From Malacoraja senta (lineage: Eukaryota), in contig JAXLNO010000372.1 in the NCBI GenBank assembly GCA_038087875.1, positions 1 through 36,204 on the forward strand: 36,204 nt of DNA. The letters run 5' to 3'. Position numbers and translations under genes: made by a program. This document shows, one piece after another, positions 1 through 11,990 of this stretch. Below the pieces are notes generated by a model, which made no database searches, had not been told where the DNA came from, and was given only the letters and a program-made list of their open reading frames with translations. How positions within the stretch are numbered: position 1 is the first letter of the stretch; every line of letters begins with the position of its first letter.

Positions 1-3000
1 ATAAAACAGGGGAAATCACAATATATGGTTGAAACTAGATAAAACAATTGGAATAACTGGAAAAGATAACATATCTATGTGCCGCCTACATACCCCCAAT
101 AGAATCACCATATTTTGAAGAGGATATATTTGAAACGCTCCACATGGAAATCAATCATTTCCAGGCCCAGGGAAATGTGCTACTATGTGGGGACCTGAAT
201 GCAAGGACCGGATGTGAACCCGATTCCATAGACCCACAGGGCAACAACCATGTGTTCGGTCAAACCCCCTTGTATGTCACACCAACTATCATTAACCGGA
301 ACAACCTGGACTGTGAAATAAATAAAAGCGGTAGAGAGGTAGTGCATCTCTGCCGAGCCTTGGGCCTGTACATAGTTAATGGTAGGCTCAGAGGGGACTC
401 GATGGGAAGGTTTACATATTCCTCATCTCTTGGGTCTAGCGTGGTAGACTACGCAATTACTGACATAGACCCCTGCACTATCAGTGCATTCACTGTTAGG
501 CAGCAGTCCCCTCTTTCAGACCATAGTCAAATCAATGTGTACCTAAAATTTCCTGTTCAAACTAAAGACGTTAAAAAGGAACCCAGTAAGCTGTATAAAC
601 TAAATCAGACTTACAGATGGGCTTCAGACAGTGGAGATAAATTCATCGTGGCCCTGAAATTCACCTGATCTCACAAATAAAATATTGAAATTCAAGACAA
701 ACCCATAAGAGACTACTAGAGATGGTGTAAACATGGCTATAAGGACATTAATATGATCTTTCACAAGGCAGCTATTAAATCTGACCTTGTGAAACAGAAG
801 AGAAAAATTATCAAAAAAACAACCATGAAAAATGGTTCGACTACGAGTGTAAGAATGTCAGAAAAGATCTGAGGAAAAATATCGAACCAAAAACACCGTC
901 AACCAAACAATCCAGACTTACGCATTAGATATAATGAAACTCTTAAAAGGTATAAACACACGATTAGGAACAAAAGACAAAATCACACTCACAAAAGACT
1001 TGAAGAAATTGAAAATCCATAAATCAAAACCAATTTTGGGATATGTGGAATAACATGAGCACAACAAAACTACAAACATTACCAATTCAAGACGGTGATA
1101 TCTGGAGAGCACACTTCAAAAATCTATATAAAGACATCCCAATAAATAAAATAAACTCAAATCACTCTCATATCAAAAGAAAAACTCCAAACACTAGAAA
1201 TAGTAATCAAAGATTATCAAAACCCCCTTGATTTCCCAATTACTTTGGAAGAACTGACCTTAAAAATAAAATCTCTTCACTCAAAGAAAGCCTGTGGTCC
1301 AGATAGCATTAAAAATGAAATGCTCAAATACAGCACTCCGGAGATGCAGGACATAGTACTTAGGCTGTTCAACATCATACTACGTTCAGGTTATTTCCCT
1401 GATATTTGGTGCCAAGGGCTTATTCACCCATTTATAAGAGTGGAAACAAACTAGACCCAAATAACTACCGCGGCATCTGTGTCAGTAGCTGCCTAGGGAA
1501 GTTATTCTGCAGTATCATAAATAACAGAATGCAGGATTTCCTTAACAAACACAACATTCTCAGTAAAAACCAAATTGGCTTCCTCCCAAAACATCGTACC
1601 ACTGACCACATTTGCACCCTCCCACACTCTCATTGAAAAACATGTACACCAAGCAAAAATGGAAAAATATTTGCCTGTTTTATTGACTTTGAGAAAGCAT
1701 TTGACTTTATTTGGCATGAAGGGCTCTACTACAAACTCCTCTGTTTGTGGTATAGGAGGAAAGGTATATGACCTGATCAAATCAATGTATCTGAATAATA
1801 AATGTGGCGTTAAAATTGGGGACAAACGCACTGATCTCTTCACCCAGAGAAGAGGCGTCCGGCAAGGCTGCAATCTGAGCCCGACACTGTTTAATTTATA
1901 TATAAACGATTTGGCAATAAAGCTGGACCAGAGCACTGCGCCGGGCCTCTGTCTCCTGGACGGAGAGGTAAAATCTCTGTTTTATGCGGATGACTTGGTT
2001 CTGCTGTCCCCCACAGAACAGGGACTGCAGCAACAGTTGGACCTACTTGATGAGTACTGCCAAAATTGGGCCCTGGCAGTAAATCTAAAGAAAACCAATA
2101 TCATGATTTTCCAGAAAAAACCCAGATGTCAGGAAGATAAGTACAAAATTTACTCTCAATGGTGTTATTATCGAACACACTATGAGCTATACTTACCTTG
2201 GTCTAACTGTTGCAGCATCAGGGAGCTTCAAGATGGCAGTGAATGCACTAAAAGAGAAAGCCCGAAGAGCTCTGTATGCAATAAAAGAAGATTCTACAAC
2301 ATCCAAATTCCCATTAAAATCTGGCTTAAAATATTTGACAGTGTAATCCAGCCTATTTGCGCTTTATGGTAGTGAAGTATGGGGGCCGCTCAGTTACCAT
2401 AGTTATAGTAAATGGAAAAACATACAACGGAGGCCCTGCATGCGGAATTTTGTCGGAACATCCTCCGCATCCAAAGGAAAAACACCAACAAACGGCATGT
2501 AGGGCAGAATTAGGCAGATACCCACTGATAATAAATATCCAGAAAAGAGCACTAAATTTTTGGAATCACCTTAAATCTAGCCCACCAGATACCCTCCAGT
2601 TTAAATCCCATAAAACACAAGAGGGGAGCCCAGAAAAGAGTTCCCTGTGTCAGTTGGTACGGAGACTAACTACCCCCATTCAGTTAAACACTATCCAGTT
2701 AAATCCTGACCAGCCTCAGATCAATACTTATCCCCAATCACCAGTTAGAGTGAACCAAATTATCAAAACAATGTAAAGAAACATATTTGGAACATTGGGA
2801 TAAAGAAACCCAAAAGCCAAAGCAGATTAGAATGCTACCGTGCCCTAAAAAGAGATTATAAATTGGCAGACTATCTCTCAACTGTTAGAGACATAAAACA
2901 GAGACAGACCCTCACCAAATACAGGCTAAGTGACCACTATTTGGCAGTTGAAAAAGGAAGACAGAAGAGATTCTGGCAACCAAGAGAAAACAGAATATGT

Positions 3001-3204
3001 GGCCACTGTTTGACAGATGAGGTTGAAACAGAGGTGCACTTCCTCCTAAAATGCAAAAAATTTGACAAACTCAGTCAGGCAACCCGTGACTTTAAGGAAC
3101 TCGATGATACATCGAAACTAAGAATAATCCTTGGTGAAGGAAATACGGCACATCTTGGTGCACAATACGTAACAGCATGCCATAACCTGAGAGACGGTGA
3201 ATGA
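1..3204 (+). pseudogene. Frameshifted LINE ORF2 (endonuclease/reverse transcriptase)
   Basis: ORFs 144-668, 1043-1231, 1245-1454, 1406-1636, 1575-2372, 2357-2776 and 2863-3204 are collinear pieces of one protein in shifting frames; terminal TGA at 3202-3204. Confidence 0.85.
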
Positions 3205-3510
3205 CCAATATGCACATATGTACGCACACACTAATTGACATTAACTGACACTAAGAAATTAATATAGAATTGCTAAATTAGCTATCCTGTTGTACTGATT
3301 ACAGCTACAAGAACGTGTAGCAATCAATAAAAGGCTATAGGCCTCTTGCGAGTTTATGTACAAGGACATATCTATCTATGCACTGTATACTTGTATTTAT
3401 AATTATGCATCTTAAATATGTATGTCATGTTTCATACTTTGGCAATATAACAATGTTTTTTGTATCATGCCAATAAAGTTTTTTAAATTGAAAATTAATT
3501 GAATTGAATT
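1..3510 (+). mobile_element. Non-LTR retrotransposon (APE endonuclease + RT + C-terminal Cys/His finger), RTE-X-like; 5' part lies outside the window
   Basis: Consecutive ORF fragments give APE motifs (LCGDLNAR, SVVDY, SDH), RT motifs (KACGPDSI, NYRGI, QIGF, GVRQGCNLSPTLFNLYINDL, FYADD) and a C-terminal ICGHC...EVHFLLKC. The 3' end has AATAAA (~3472) and a (TTGAA)n tail. The clade call is from motif recognition. Confidence 0.85.
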
Positions 3511-3637
<127 letters not shown>

Positions 3638-3643
3638 TGGAAC

Positions 3644-3950
3644 AGTTTCAGTTTAGTTTCCTGTCATGTGTTGCGAGGTTCAGTGAAAAGCTTTAGTTGC
3701 GTGCTAAGTAGTCAGCAGAAAGACAAAACATGATTACAATTGAGCCATTTATAGTGTACAGATACATGATAGGGAATAACGTTTAGTGCAAGGTAACGCC
3801 AGCAATGCCCGATCAAGGGTAGTTTGAGGGTCACTAGATAAGAGTTCAGCGCTGCTCTCTGGTTGTGTGTGGGATGCTTCAGTTGCCTGATAACAACTGA
3901 GAAGAAACTGTCCCCTGAATGTGGAGGTGTGCATTTTCACACTTCTTCAC
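3644..3950 (-). mobile_element. Rex1/Babar-like LINE 3' end fragment
   Basis: Minus strand encodes RSVKMHTSTFRG(Q)F, resembling the Rex1 ORF C-terminus, then a 3' UTR with a (CTAAA)n-like tail; the same UTR recurs at 4578-4710. Confidence 0.6.
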
Positions 3951-4577
3951 CTATCTGCTGTCTCCCAGGTGGCCTTGGATCTTGGGGAAGTCTGTAATGT
4001 AACAAATCCCCCTGCAGATTTCTGACTGGAATCAATGCATACAAAACCCCTCTTCATAAAGTGAAAATCATGGATGATCTCAAGGTGCAGCAGACAGTGA
4101 TAGGTAAGAGAGATACCCAGCAGCCATCCTGATAGTTCACAGTGACTGTGACTTCAACAGTGAGAACAATCCCAGTCTATGATCCTGCCTGCAAATTCCC
4201 CATAGAATTGCTAATCTCAGTGTGGTAGCCTTTGAAACCCTAAGCCCCAGGTGCCAAGATTGAAGACTGAAAGGCCCTCTTGTTGAGCAGTTCTCACCTC
4301 TGTTTAATATTGGCATTTTGCAACTACTTCTCCAAAGAACATGAACAGATTATTCCCCAGAGGCCAGTGGGGACTGCAGTCAGCTTGTCATGGACTACAG
4401 ATTCTGGGCCAGTCACAATTCCGATATCACTTGTCAATTTAGTTGTTCATTGCTATTAATCATGTAGTACGCATTGTACTGCTGGAAGAACAAGTATAAA
4501 CAATATTGGCACAGTATATTGTGCACATGTTTTATATTTCATATAATCCATAATACTAAACTCTCACAGGAGTGATT

Positions 4578-4710
4578 CTAGTTTAGTTTAGTTTATTATT
4601 GTCACATGTGCCGAGGTACAGTGTCTGTCCAGACTGTAGAAAGAAAATACATGATTACAATCGAGCCATTTACAGTGTATAGATACATGATGAGGGAATA
4701 ACGTTTAGTG
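4578..4710 (-). mobile_element. Second copy of the same LINE 3' UTR/tail
   Basis: Shares 'acatgattacaatYgagccatttaYagtgtaYagatacatgat...gggaataacgtttagtg' with 3728-3788; (gttta)n tail on the + strand. Confidence 0.65.
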
Positions 4711-4926
4711 AGAGGAGTTTAATAAGATCATTGTTAAAGTAATAATTGTTGCTGTAGGAATAGCGATGTAAGAGTGTGGAGTGATTGTAATATGAGTTTG
4801 TAGATCTGCTTCTGTGGCTAGCACGCAGATAGTCGCCTGGGTTGGCCTCCAATTATTATTTTGGCATAAGCAAAAACAAGGCATGACATTGAATAATAAA
4901 CACATGAACAAACTTTCAAATTCATT

Positions 4927-5015
4927 TGGAAAAGGGTTTCGGCCCGAAACGTTACCTATTTCCTTCGCTCCATAGATGCTGCTGCACCCGCTGAGTTTCT
5001 CCAGCATTTTTGTGT
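4927..5015 (+). mobile_element. Short Penelope-like terminal-repeat insertion with 15-bp target-site duplication
   Basis: Flanked by ACTTTCAAATTCATT at 4912-4926 and 5016-5030; the insert matches the terminal repeat at 7984-8066. Confidence 0.8.
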
Positions 5016-5914
5016 ACTTTCAAATTCATTGTTCCTTTTAGAACTTGTACCACAGCCTTGGCCTTGGGTCAATGCATTTGTTGGTGTATTTGCTCTTTAA
5101 TTTGTCTGAATTAAAAATGATTAAAGAAAGAAAAGATTCTGTGTGGGTGGGATGCCCGAGTCATATCAGCACAAGGCAAGAAATCATTCTGAAGACTTCC
5201 CAGTAATGTTTATTCAATTCTCAATCTCACAATTTACAAATAATTAAATGTCCTATGGGCCTGGAGAACCAAAACGACTAAAAAGACTGGTGCTGTATCT
5301 ATATTATTGGTTTATTTATATTCATGATAGTGAAAAAAAGTTGTTTGGTGTTCTATCCAGGTAAATCATGGATATCTTTTAAGTTTGTCAGGAAATGTTT
5401 ATATATTTTTGTGCCATTTGTCAGGAATAACCATTCTGCACAGAGAAAGATCCACATACAGAATTAAAATATATATGAACAATGAGATATATCTGCTGTT
5501 ATAGTTAAAGATGAATATCTCACAGGAAAGCTCTCATGTTCTTCGACGAGTGCCAAAGGATTATTAACATTCAGCAGAAGGACCAGATGAAGCATTGGAT
5601 TAACATTAATTCTAATAATCATCATTGTGCAATCTTTCTTCTGGTGGAAAAAGGAATATCTTTGTAATGTACAATGAAATTATTATGTATCAATGAGAGA
5701 GCATAATTACTCAGTGGGGCTTATTTGTAATAATAATGCAAAATGGAAAAACTGAGCATAATGGTATCTATATAAATAAATCAGCTGGATGGCTTAGTAA
5801 ATTGTAGTTATATGTATCCAAAAAAAATCAGGGAATTTAACAGTGAATTAAAAAAATAGATAATTAAAGTTAGACATGAGCCATTGTTCCATCTTATACA
5901 TCCTTTTGTACATT

Positions 5915-6945
5915 TATAGTCATACAACATAGACACAGGTCCTTCAGTTCAACTTGCCCACACTGACCAACATGCCCCATCTACACTAGTCCCACCAGAG
6001 GTCCATATCCCTCTAAACCTGTCCATTCAGGTACCTGTCCAAATGTTTTTTGTTATGCTGTGATAGTACCTGCCTCAACTACCTCCCCCGGCAGCATTTC
6101 ATATACCTACCACCCTTTGTGTAAAGATGTAGCCCCTCAGGTTCCTATTAAATGTCCCCCCCCCTCACCTTAAACCCATGCCCTTGAATTAGAAATATAG
6201 AAACATAGAAAATAGGTGCAGGAGTAGGCCATTTGGCCCTTCGAGCCAGCACCGCCATTTAATGTGATCATGGCTAATCATCCAAAATCAGCACCCCATT
6301 CCTGCTTTCTCCCCATTTCCCTTGATTCCATTAGCCCGAAGAGCTATATCTAACTCTCTCTTGAAAATATCCAATGAATTGGCTTCAATGCCTTCTGTGG
6401 CAGAGAATTCCACAGATTCACAACTCTCTGGATGAAAAAGTTTTTCCTCATCTCAGTCCTAAATGACCTACCCCTTATTCTTAAACTGTGACCCCTGGTT
6501 CTGGACTCCCCCAACTTTGGGAACATTTTTCCTGCATCTAGCCTTTACAATCCCTTAAGAATTTTATAAGTTTCTATAAGATCCTTCTAAATTCCAGTGA
6601 ACACAAGCCCAGTTGATCCAGTCTTTCGTCATATGTCAGTCCTTCCATCCTGGGATTAATCTGTCATGCATCTGCCCACTCACCCAACCTATCCAAGTCA
6701 CCCTGCAGCCTCACAGCATCCTCCTCGCAGCTCACACTGCCACCCAGCTTTGTGTCATCCGCAAACTTGAAGATGTTACATTTAATTTATTTGTCTAAAT
6801 CGTTAATATATATTGTAAACAACTGGGGTCCCCCAACATGAATTCTTGATGCCCTACTTCCGGGAAAGGACTCCTACCCAAACTATTTGCCTCATGATGT
6901 TATACATCTCTATAAAATCACCTCTCATCTGCCCGAGCTCCAATT
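5915..6945 (-). mobile_element. Two nested CR1 3' fragments (6190-6835 inserted into an older copy at 5915-6185/6840-6945)
   Basis: 6195-6835 aligns by eye with 8780-9240 and 9600-9770 of the large CR1 and carries a tail seen as 'atagaaacatagaaaatagg' on the + strand; the flanking pieces match the CR1 3' end at 25020-25470 in reverse. Confidence 0.8.
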
Positions 6946-7029
6946 AAATTCTTGCAGCAGCATAAAAAGCCTCTAAACACTACACTCATTGATAACATTA
7001 TAATAAACAATAGCCCGATACCAGTGCAC

Positions 7030-7160
7030 AATCCCCAAAATCCTTAGTGCAACCAGAGTGAGTCCATAGTTCATTGTTTAATTAGTGTTGTGAAAATCTC
7101 AAGCGCCTGATAGTTGTTGAGAAGAAGCGATTCTTGAACTTGGTGGTCATGGTTTTCACT
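7030..7160 (-). mobile_element. Degenerate Rex1/Babar-like ORF C-terminus
   Basis: Minus strand reads TTKFKNRFFSTTIRRL, a Rex1-type terminal motif. Confidence 0.45.
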
Positions 7161-7255
7161 GAAAGACACCAAAAGGTGGAGTAACAGCGGGACAAGCAGC
7201 ATCTCTGGAGAGAAGGAATGGGTGACATTTCATGTCAAGACCTTTCTTCAGACTG

Positions 7256-7728
7256 ACAATAGACAATAGGTGTAGGAGTAGGCCATTTGGCCCTTCGAGC
7301 CAGCACCGTGATCAATGTGATCATGGCTGATCATCCCCAATCAGTACCCCGTTCCTGCCTTCTCCCCATATCCCCTGACTCCACTATCTTTAAGAGCCCT
7401 ATCTAGCTCTCTCTTGAAAGTATCCAGAGAACCAGCCTCCACCGCCCTCTGAGGCAGAGAATTCCACAGACTCACAACTCTCTGTGTGAAAAAAGTGTTT
7501 CCTCATCTCCGTTCTAAATGGCTTACCCCTTATTCTTAAACTGTGGACCCTGGTTCTGGACTCCCCCAACATTGGGAACATGTTTCCTGCCTCTATCGTG
7601 TCCAAACCCTTAATAATCTTATATGTTTCAATAAGATTCCCCCTCATCCTTCTAAACTCCAGAGTGTACAAGCCCAGCTGCTCCATTCTCTCAGCATATG
7701 ACAGTCCCGTCATCCCGGGAATTAACCT
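7256..7728 (-). mobile_element. CR1 LINE 3' fragment
   Basis: ORF 7399-7845 contains RLIPGMTGLSYAERMEQLGLYTLEFRRMRGNLIETYKI; tail seen as 'acaatagacaatag' at 7256-7269. Confidence 0.9.
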
Positions 7729-8066
7729 GTTCAAGAAGGAACTGCAGATGCTGGAAAATCGAAGGTAGACAAAAATGCTGGAGACACTCAGCGGGTGAGG
7801 CAATTGGAGGAGCACCACCTCATATTCCGCTTGGGCAGTCTGCACCCTAGCGGCTTAAACATTGACTTCTCCAATTTCCGTTTGCCCTTGCTGTCTCCTC
7901 CCCTTCTCAGCTCTCCCTCAGCCCTCTGGCTCCTCCTCTTCCTTTCTTCTTCCCACCACCCCCACCCTGCATCAGTCTGAAGAAGGGTTTCGGCCCAAAA
8001 CGTTGCCTATTTCCTTCGCTCCATAGATGCTGCCTCACCCGCTGAGTTTCTCCAGCATTTAGTCTA
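7729..8066 (+). mobile_element. 5'-truncated Penelope-like insertion with inverted 5' terminal repeat and TSD
   Basis: GGGAATTAACCT duplicated at 7717-7728 and 8070-8081; 7733-7802 is an inverted terminal repeat; the body encodes LEEHHLIFRLGSLHPSGLNIDFSNFR. Confidence 0.85.
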
Positions 8067-8864
8067 CCTGGGAATTAACCTACTGGTTAGGGATGAGGGA
8101 CTGGTTGGGGATAAGGGAAATGAGAGATATAGATGATGATGTAGAGAGATAAAGAACAATGAATGAAAGATATGCAAAAAAGTAACGATGATAAAGGAAA
8201 CTGGTGCGACTTGGGTGGGGGAGGGATAGAGAGAGAAGAAATACCGAAGCTACCTGAAGTGAGAGAAATCAATATTCATACCACTGGGCTGTAAGCTGCC
8301 CAAGTGAAATATGAGATGCTGTTCCTCCAATTTGCATTTAGTCTCACTCTGATAATGGAGGAGACCGAGGACAGAAAGGTCTGTGTGTGAATGGGAAGGA
8401 GAATTAAAGTGTTTAGCAACCGGGAGATCAGGTTGGTTCTGGCGGGCTGAGCAAAGGTGTTGAACAAAACAATCGCCCAGTCTGCGTCTGGTCTCGCCGA
8501 TGTATAAGAGTCCACATCTTGAACAATGGATACAGTAGATGAGGTTGGAGGAGGTGCAAGTGAACCTCTGCCTAACCTGAAAGGACTGTCGGGGTCCCTG
8601 GACAGAGTCGAGGGAGGAGGTATAGCGACAGGTGTTGCATCTTCAGCAGTTGCAGGGGAGGGGTGGTTTGGATGGGAAGGTACAAGTTAACCAAGGAGTT
8701 GCGGAGTGAACGGTCTCTGCAGAAGGTGGAAAGAGGTGGAGATGGGAAAATGTGGCTAGTGGTGGGATACATACATAGATACATAGAAAATAGGTGCAGG
8801 AGTAGGCCATTCGGCCCTTCGAGCCTGCACCGCCATTCAATATGATCATGGCTGATCATCCAAC

Positions 8865-11800
8865 TCAGTATCCCGTACCTGCCTTCTCTCCATACCCCCT
8901 GATCCCTTTAGCCACAAGGGCCACATCTAACTCACTCTTACATATAGCCAATGAACTGGCCTCAACTATCCTCTGTGGCAGCGAGTTCCAGAGATTCACC
9001 ACTCTCTGTGTGAAAAAGTTTTTTCTCATCTCGGTCTTAAAGGATTTCCCCTTTATCCTTAAGTTGTGACCCCTTGTCCTGGACTTCCCCAACATCGGGA
9101 ACAATCTTCCTGCATCTAGCCTGTCCAACCCCATAAGAATTTTGTACGTTTCTATAAGATCCCCTCTCAATCTCCTAAATTCTAGCGAGTATAAGCCAAG
9201 TCTATCCAGTCTTTCTTCATATGAAAGTCCTGACATCCCAGGAATCAGTCTGGTGAACCTTCTCTGCACTCCCTCTATGGCTATAATGTCCTTCCTCAGA
9301 TTTGGAGACCAAAACTGTACGCAATACTCCAGGTGTGGTCTCACCAAGACCCTGTACAACTGCAGTAGAACCTCCCTGCTCCTATACTCAAATCCTCTTG
9401 CTATGAAGGCCAACATACCATTCGCTTTCTTCACTGCCTGCTGCACCTGCATGCCTACTTTCAATGACTGGTGTACCATGACACCCAGGTCTCGCTGCAT
9501 CTCCCCATTTCCTAATCGGCCACCATTTAGATAATAGTCTGCCTTCCCATTTTTGCCACCAAAGTGGATAACCTCACATTTATCCACATTATACTGCATC
9601 TGCCAAACATTTGCCCACTCACCCAGCCTATCCAAGTCACCTTGCAGTCTCCTAGCATCCTCCTCACAGCTAACACTGCCCCCCAGCTTAGTGTCATCCG
9701 CAAACTTGGAGATGTTGCTTTCAATTCCCTCGTCCAGATCATTAATATAAATTGTAAATAGCTGGGGTCCCAGCACTGAGCCTTGCGGTACCCCACAAGT
9801 CACTGCCTGCCATTGTGAAAAGGACCCGTTTACTCCTACTCTTTGCTTCCTGTTTGCCAGCCAGTTCTCTATCCACATCAATACTGAACCCCCAATACCG
9901 TGTGATTTAAGTTTGTATCCTAATCTCTTATGTGGTACCTTGTCGAAAGCCTTCTGAAAGTCCAGATATAACACATCCACTGGTTCTCCTTTATCCACAC
10001 TACTAGTTACATCCTCGAAAAATTCTATAAGATTCGTCAGACACGATTTACCTTTCGTAAATCCATGCTGACTTTGTCCAATGATTTCACCACTTTCCAA
10101 ATGTGCTGCTATCCCATCTTTAATAACTGACTCTAGCAGTTTCCCCACTACTGATGTTAGACTAACTGGTCTGTAATTCCCCGTTTTCTCTCTCCCTCCC
10201 TTCTTAAAAAGTGGGGTTACGTTTGCTACCCTCCAATCCTCAGGAACTACTCCAGAATCTAAAGAGTTTTGAAAAATTATCACTAATGCATCCACTATTT
10301 CTGGAGCTACTTCCTTAAGTACTCTGGGATGCAGCCTATCTGGCCCTGGTGATTTATCGGCCTTTAATCCATTCAATTTACCCAACACCACTTCCCGACT
10401 AACCTGGATTTCACTCAGTTCCTCCATCTCCTTTGACCCGCGGCCCCCTGCTATTTCCGGCAGATTATTTATGTCTTCCTTAGTGAAGACGGAACCAAAG
10501 TAGTTATTCAATTGGTCCGCCATATCCTTGTTCCCCATGATCAATTCACCTGTTTCTGACTGCAAGGGACCTACATTTGTTTTAACTAATCTCTTTCTCT
10601 TCACATATCTATAAAAACTTTTGCAGTCAGTTTTTATGTTCCCTGCCAGTTTCCTTTCATAATCTATTTTCCCTTTCCTAATTAAGCCCTTTGTCCTCCT
10701 CTGCTGGACTCTGAATTTCTCCCAGTCCTCTGGTATGCTGCTTTTTCTGGCTAATTTGTACGCATCATCTTTTGCTTTGATACTATCACTGATTTCCCTT
10801 GTTATCCACGGATGCACTACCTTCCCTGATTTATTCTTTTGCCAAACTGGGATGAACAATTTTTGTAGTTCATCCATGCAGTCTTTAAATGCCTTCCATT
10901 GCATATCCACCGTCAACCCTTTTAGAACTAATTGCCAGTCAATCTTGGCCAATTCACGTCTCATTCCCTCAAAGTTACCTTTCTTTAAGTTCAGAACCGT
11001 TGTTTCTGAATTAACAATGTCACTCTCCATCCTAATGAAGAACTCAACCATATTATGGTCACTCTTGCCCAAGGGGGCACGCACAACAAGTCTGCTAACT
11101 AACCCTTCCTCATTACTCAATACCCAGTCTAGAATAGCCTGCTCTCTCGTTGGTTCCTCTACATGTTGGTTTAGATAACTATCCCTCATACATTCCAAGA
11201 AATCCTCTTCCTCAGCACCCCTGCCAATTTGATTCACCTAATCTATATGTAGATTGAAGTCACCCATTATAACTGTTTTGCCTTTGTTGCACGCATTTGT
11301 AATTTCCTGTTTGATGCCATCCCCAACTTCACTACTACTGCTAGGTGGCCTGTACACAACACCCACCAGCGTTTTCTGCCCCTTAGTGTTTCGCAGCTCT
11401 ACCCATACCGATTCCACATCCTCCAAGCTAATGTCCTTCCTTTCCACTGCGTTAATCTCCTCTCTATCCAGCAACGCTACCCCACCTCCTTTTCCTTTCT
11501 CTCTATCCCTCCTGAATATTGAATATCCCTGGATGTTCAGCTCCCAGCCTTGGTCACCCTGGAGCCATGTCTCCGTGATCCCAACTATATCATAATCATT
11601 AATTGCTATCTGCACGTTCAACTCATCCACCTTATTACGAATGCTCCTTGCATTGAGACACAAAGCCTTCAGGCTTGTTTTTACAACGCTCTTACCCCTT
11701 ATACAATTATGTTGAAAAGTGGCTCTTTTTTACTTTTGCCGTGGATTTGTCTGCCTGCCACTTTTACTTTTCACCTTGCTACCTATTGCTTCCGCCCGCA

Positions 11801-11990
11801 TTTTACACCCCTCTGTTTCTCTGCTCACCCATTTAAGAACCCCACCACCTCTTATTCTCTGTTTATTATTGTTTTCTTCTTTCCCCCCTACATGTTGGGT
11901 CTGAGTGCTTTCCTTCTCTGCCTCCTGCCTCACACACTGTCTAATAGCATTCTCTATTTGAGTCCCTCCCCCCAACCATTCTAGTTTAAA
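8865..11990 (-). pseudogene. CR1 ORF2 (APE endonuclease + reverse transcriptase) with two in-frame stops
   Basis: Track ORFs 11730-12164, 11238-11663 and 8865-11237 share one frame; the only breaks are TAA (11730-11732) and TAG (11238-11240). Motifs: CLNARS, GITETW, MGDFN, SDH, KSPGPD, NYRPVSL, LDFQKAFDKV, GVPQGSVLGP, FADD. Confidence 0.93.

Larger units (their letters stand above)
7163..8767 (-). mobile_element. Penelope-like element (Neptune-type) 3' part, interrupted by CR1 at 7256-8081
   Basis: Minus frame ~8640->8250 reads ...CNTC...FTCTSSNLIYCIHCSRCGLLYIGETRRRLGD...H...EEQHLIFHLGSLQPSGMN (Cys linker + GIY-YIG endonuclease). The terminal repeat 7163-7255 rejoins 8082 to give 'ttcagactggttaggga', as in the uninterrupted copy at 19481-19497. 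Confidence 0.85.

Noticed and set aside
3950..4420. Moderately GC-rich stretch with cag/gt and gtaag sites that could be an exon
   Set aside because: No sustained open frame or recognisable protein; more likely highly decayed repeat.
8865..11237. 790-aa ORF as a domesticated or host gene
   Set aside because: It is ordinary CR1 ORF2 downstream of a nonsense codon, followed by the CR1 3' UTR and tail.
9142..11984. Multiple + strand ORFs
   Set aside because: Antisense shadows of CR1 ORF2.
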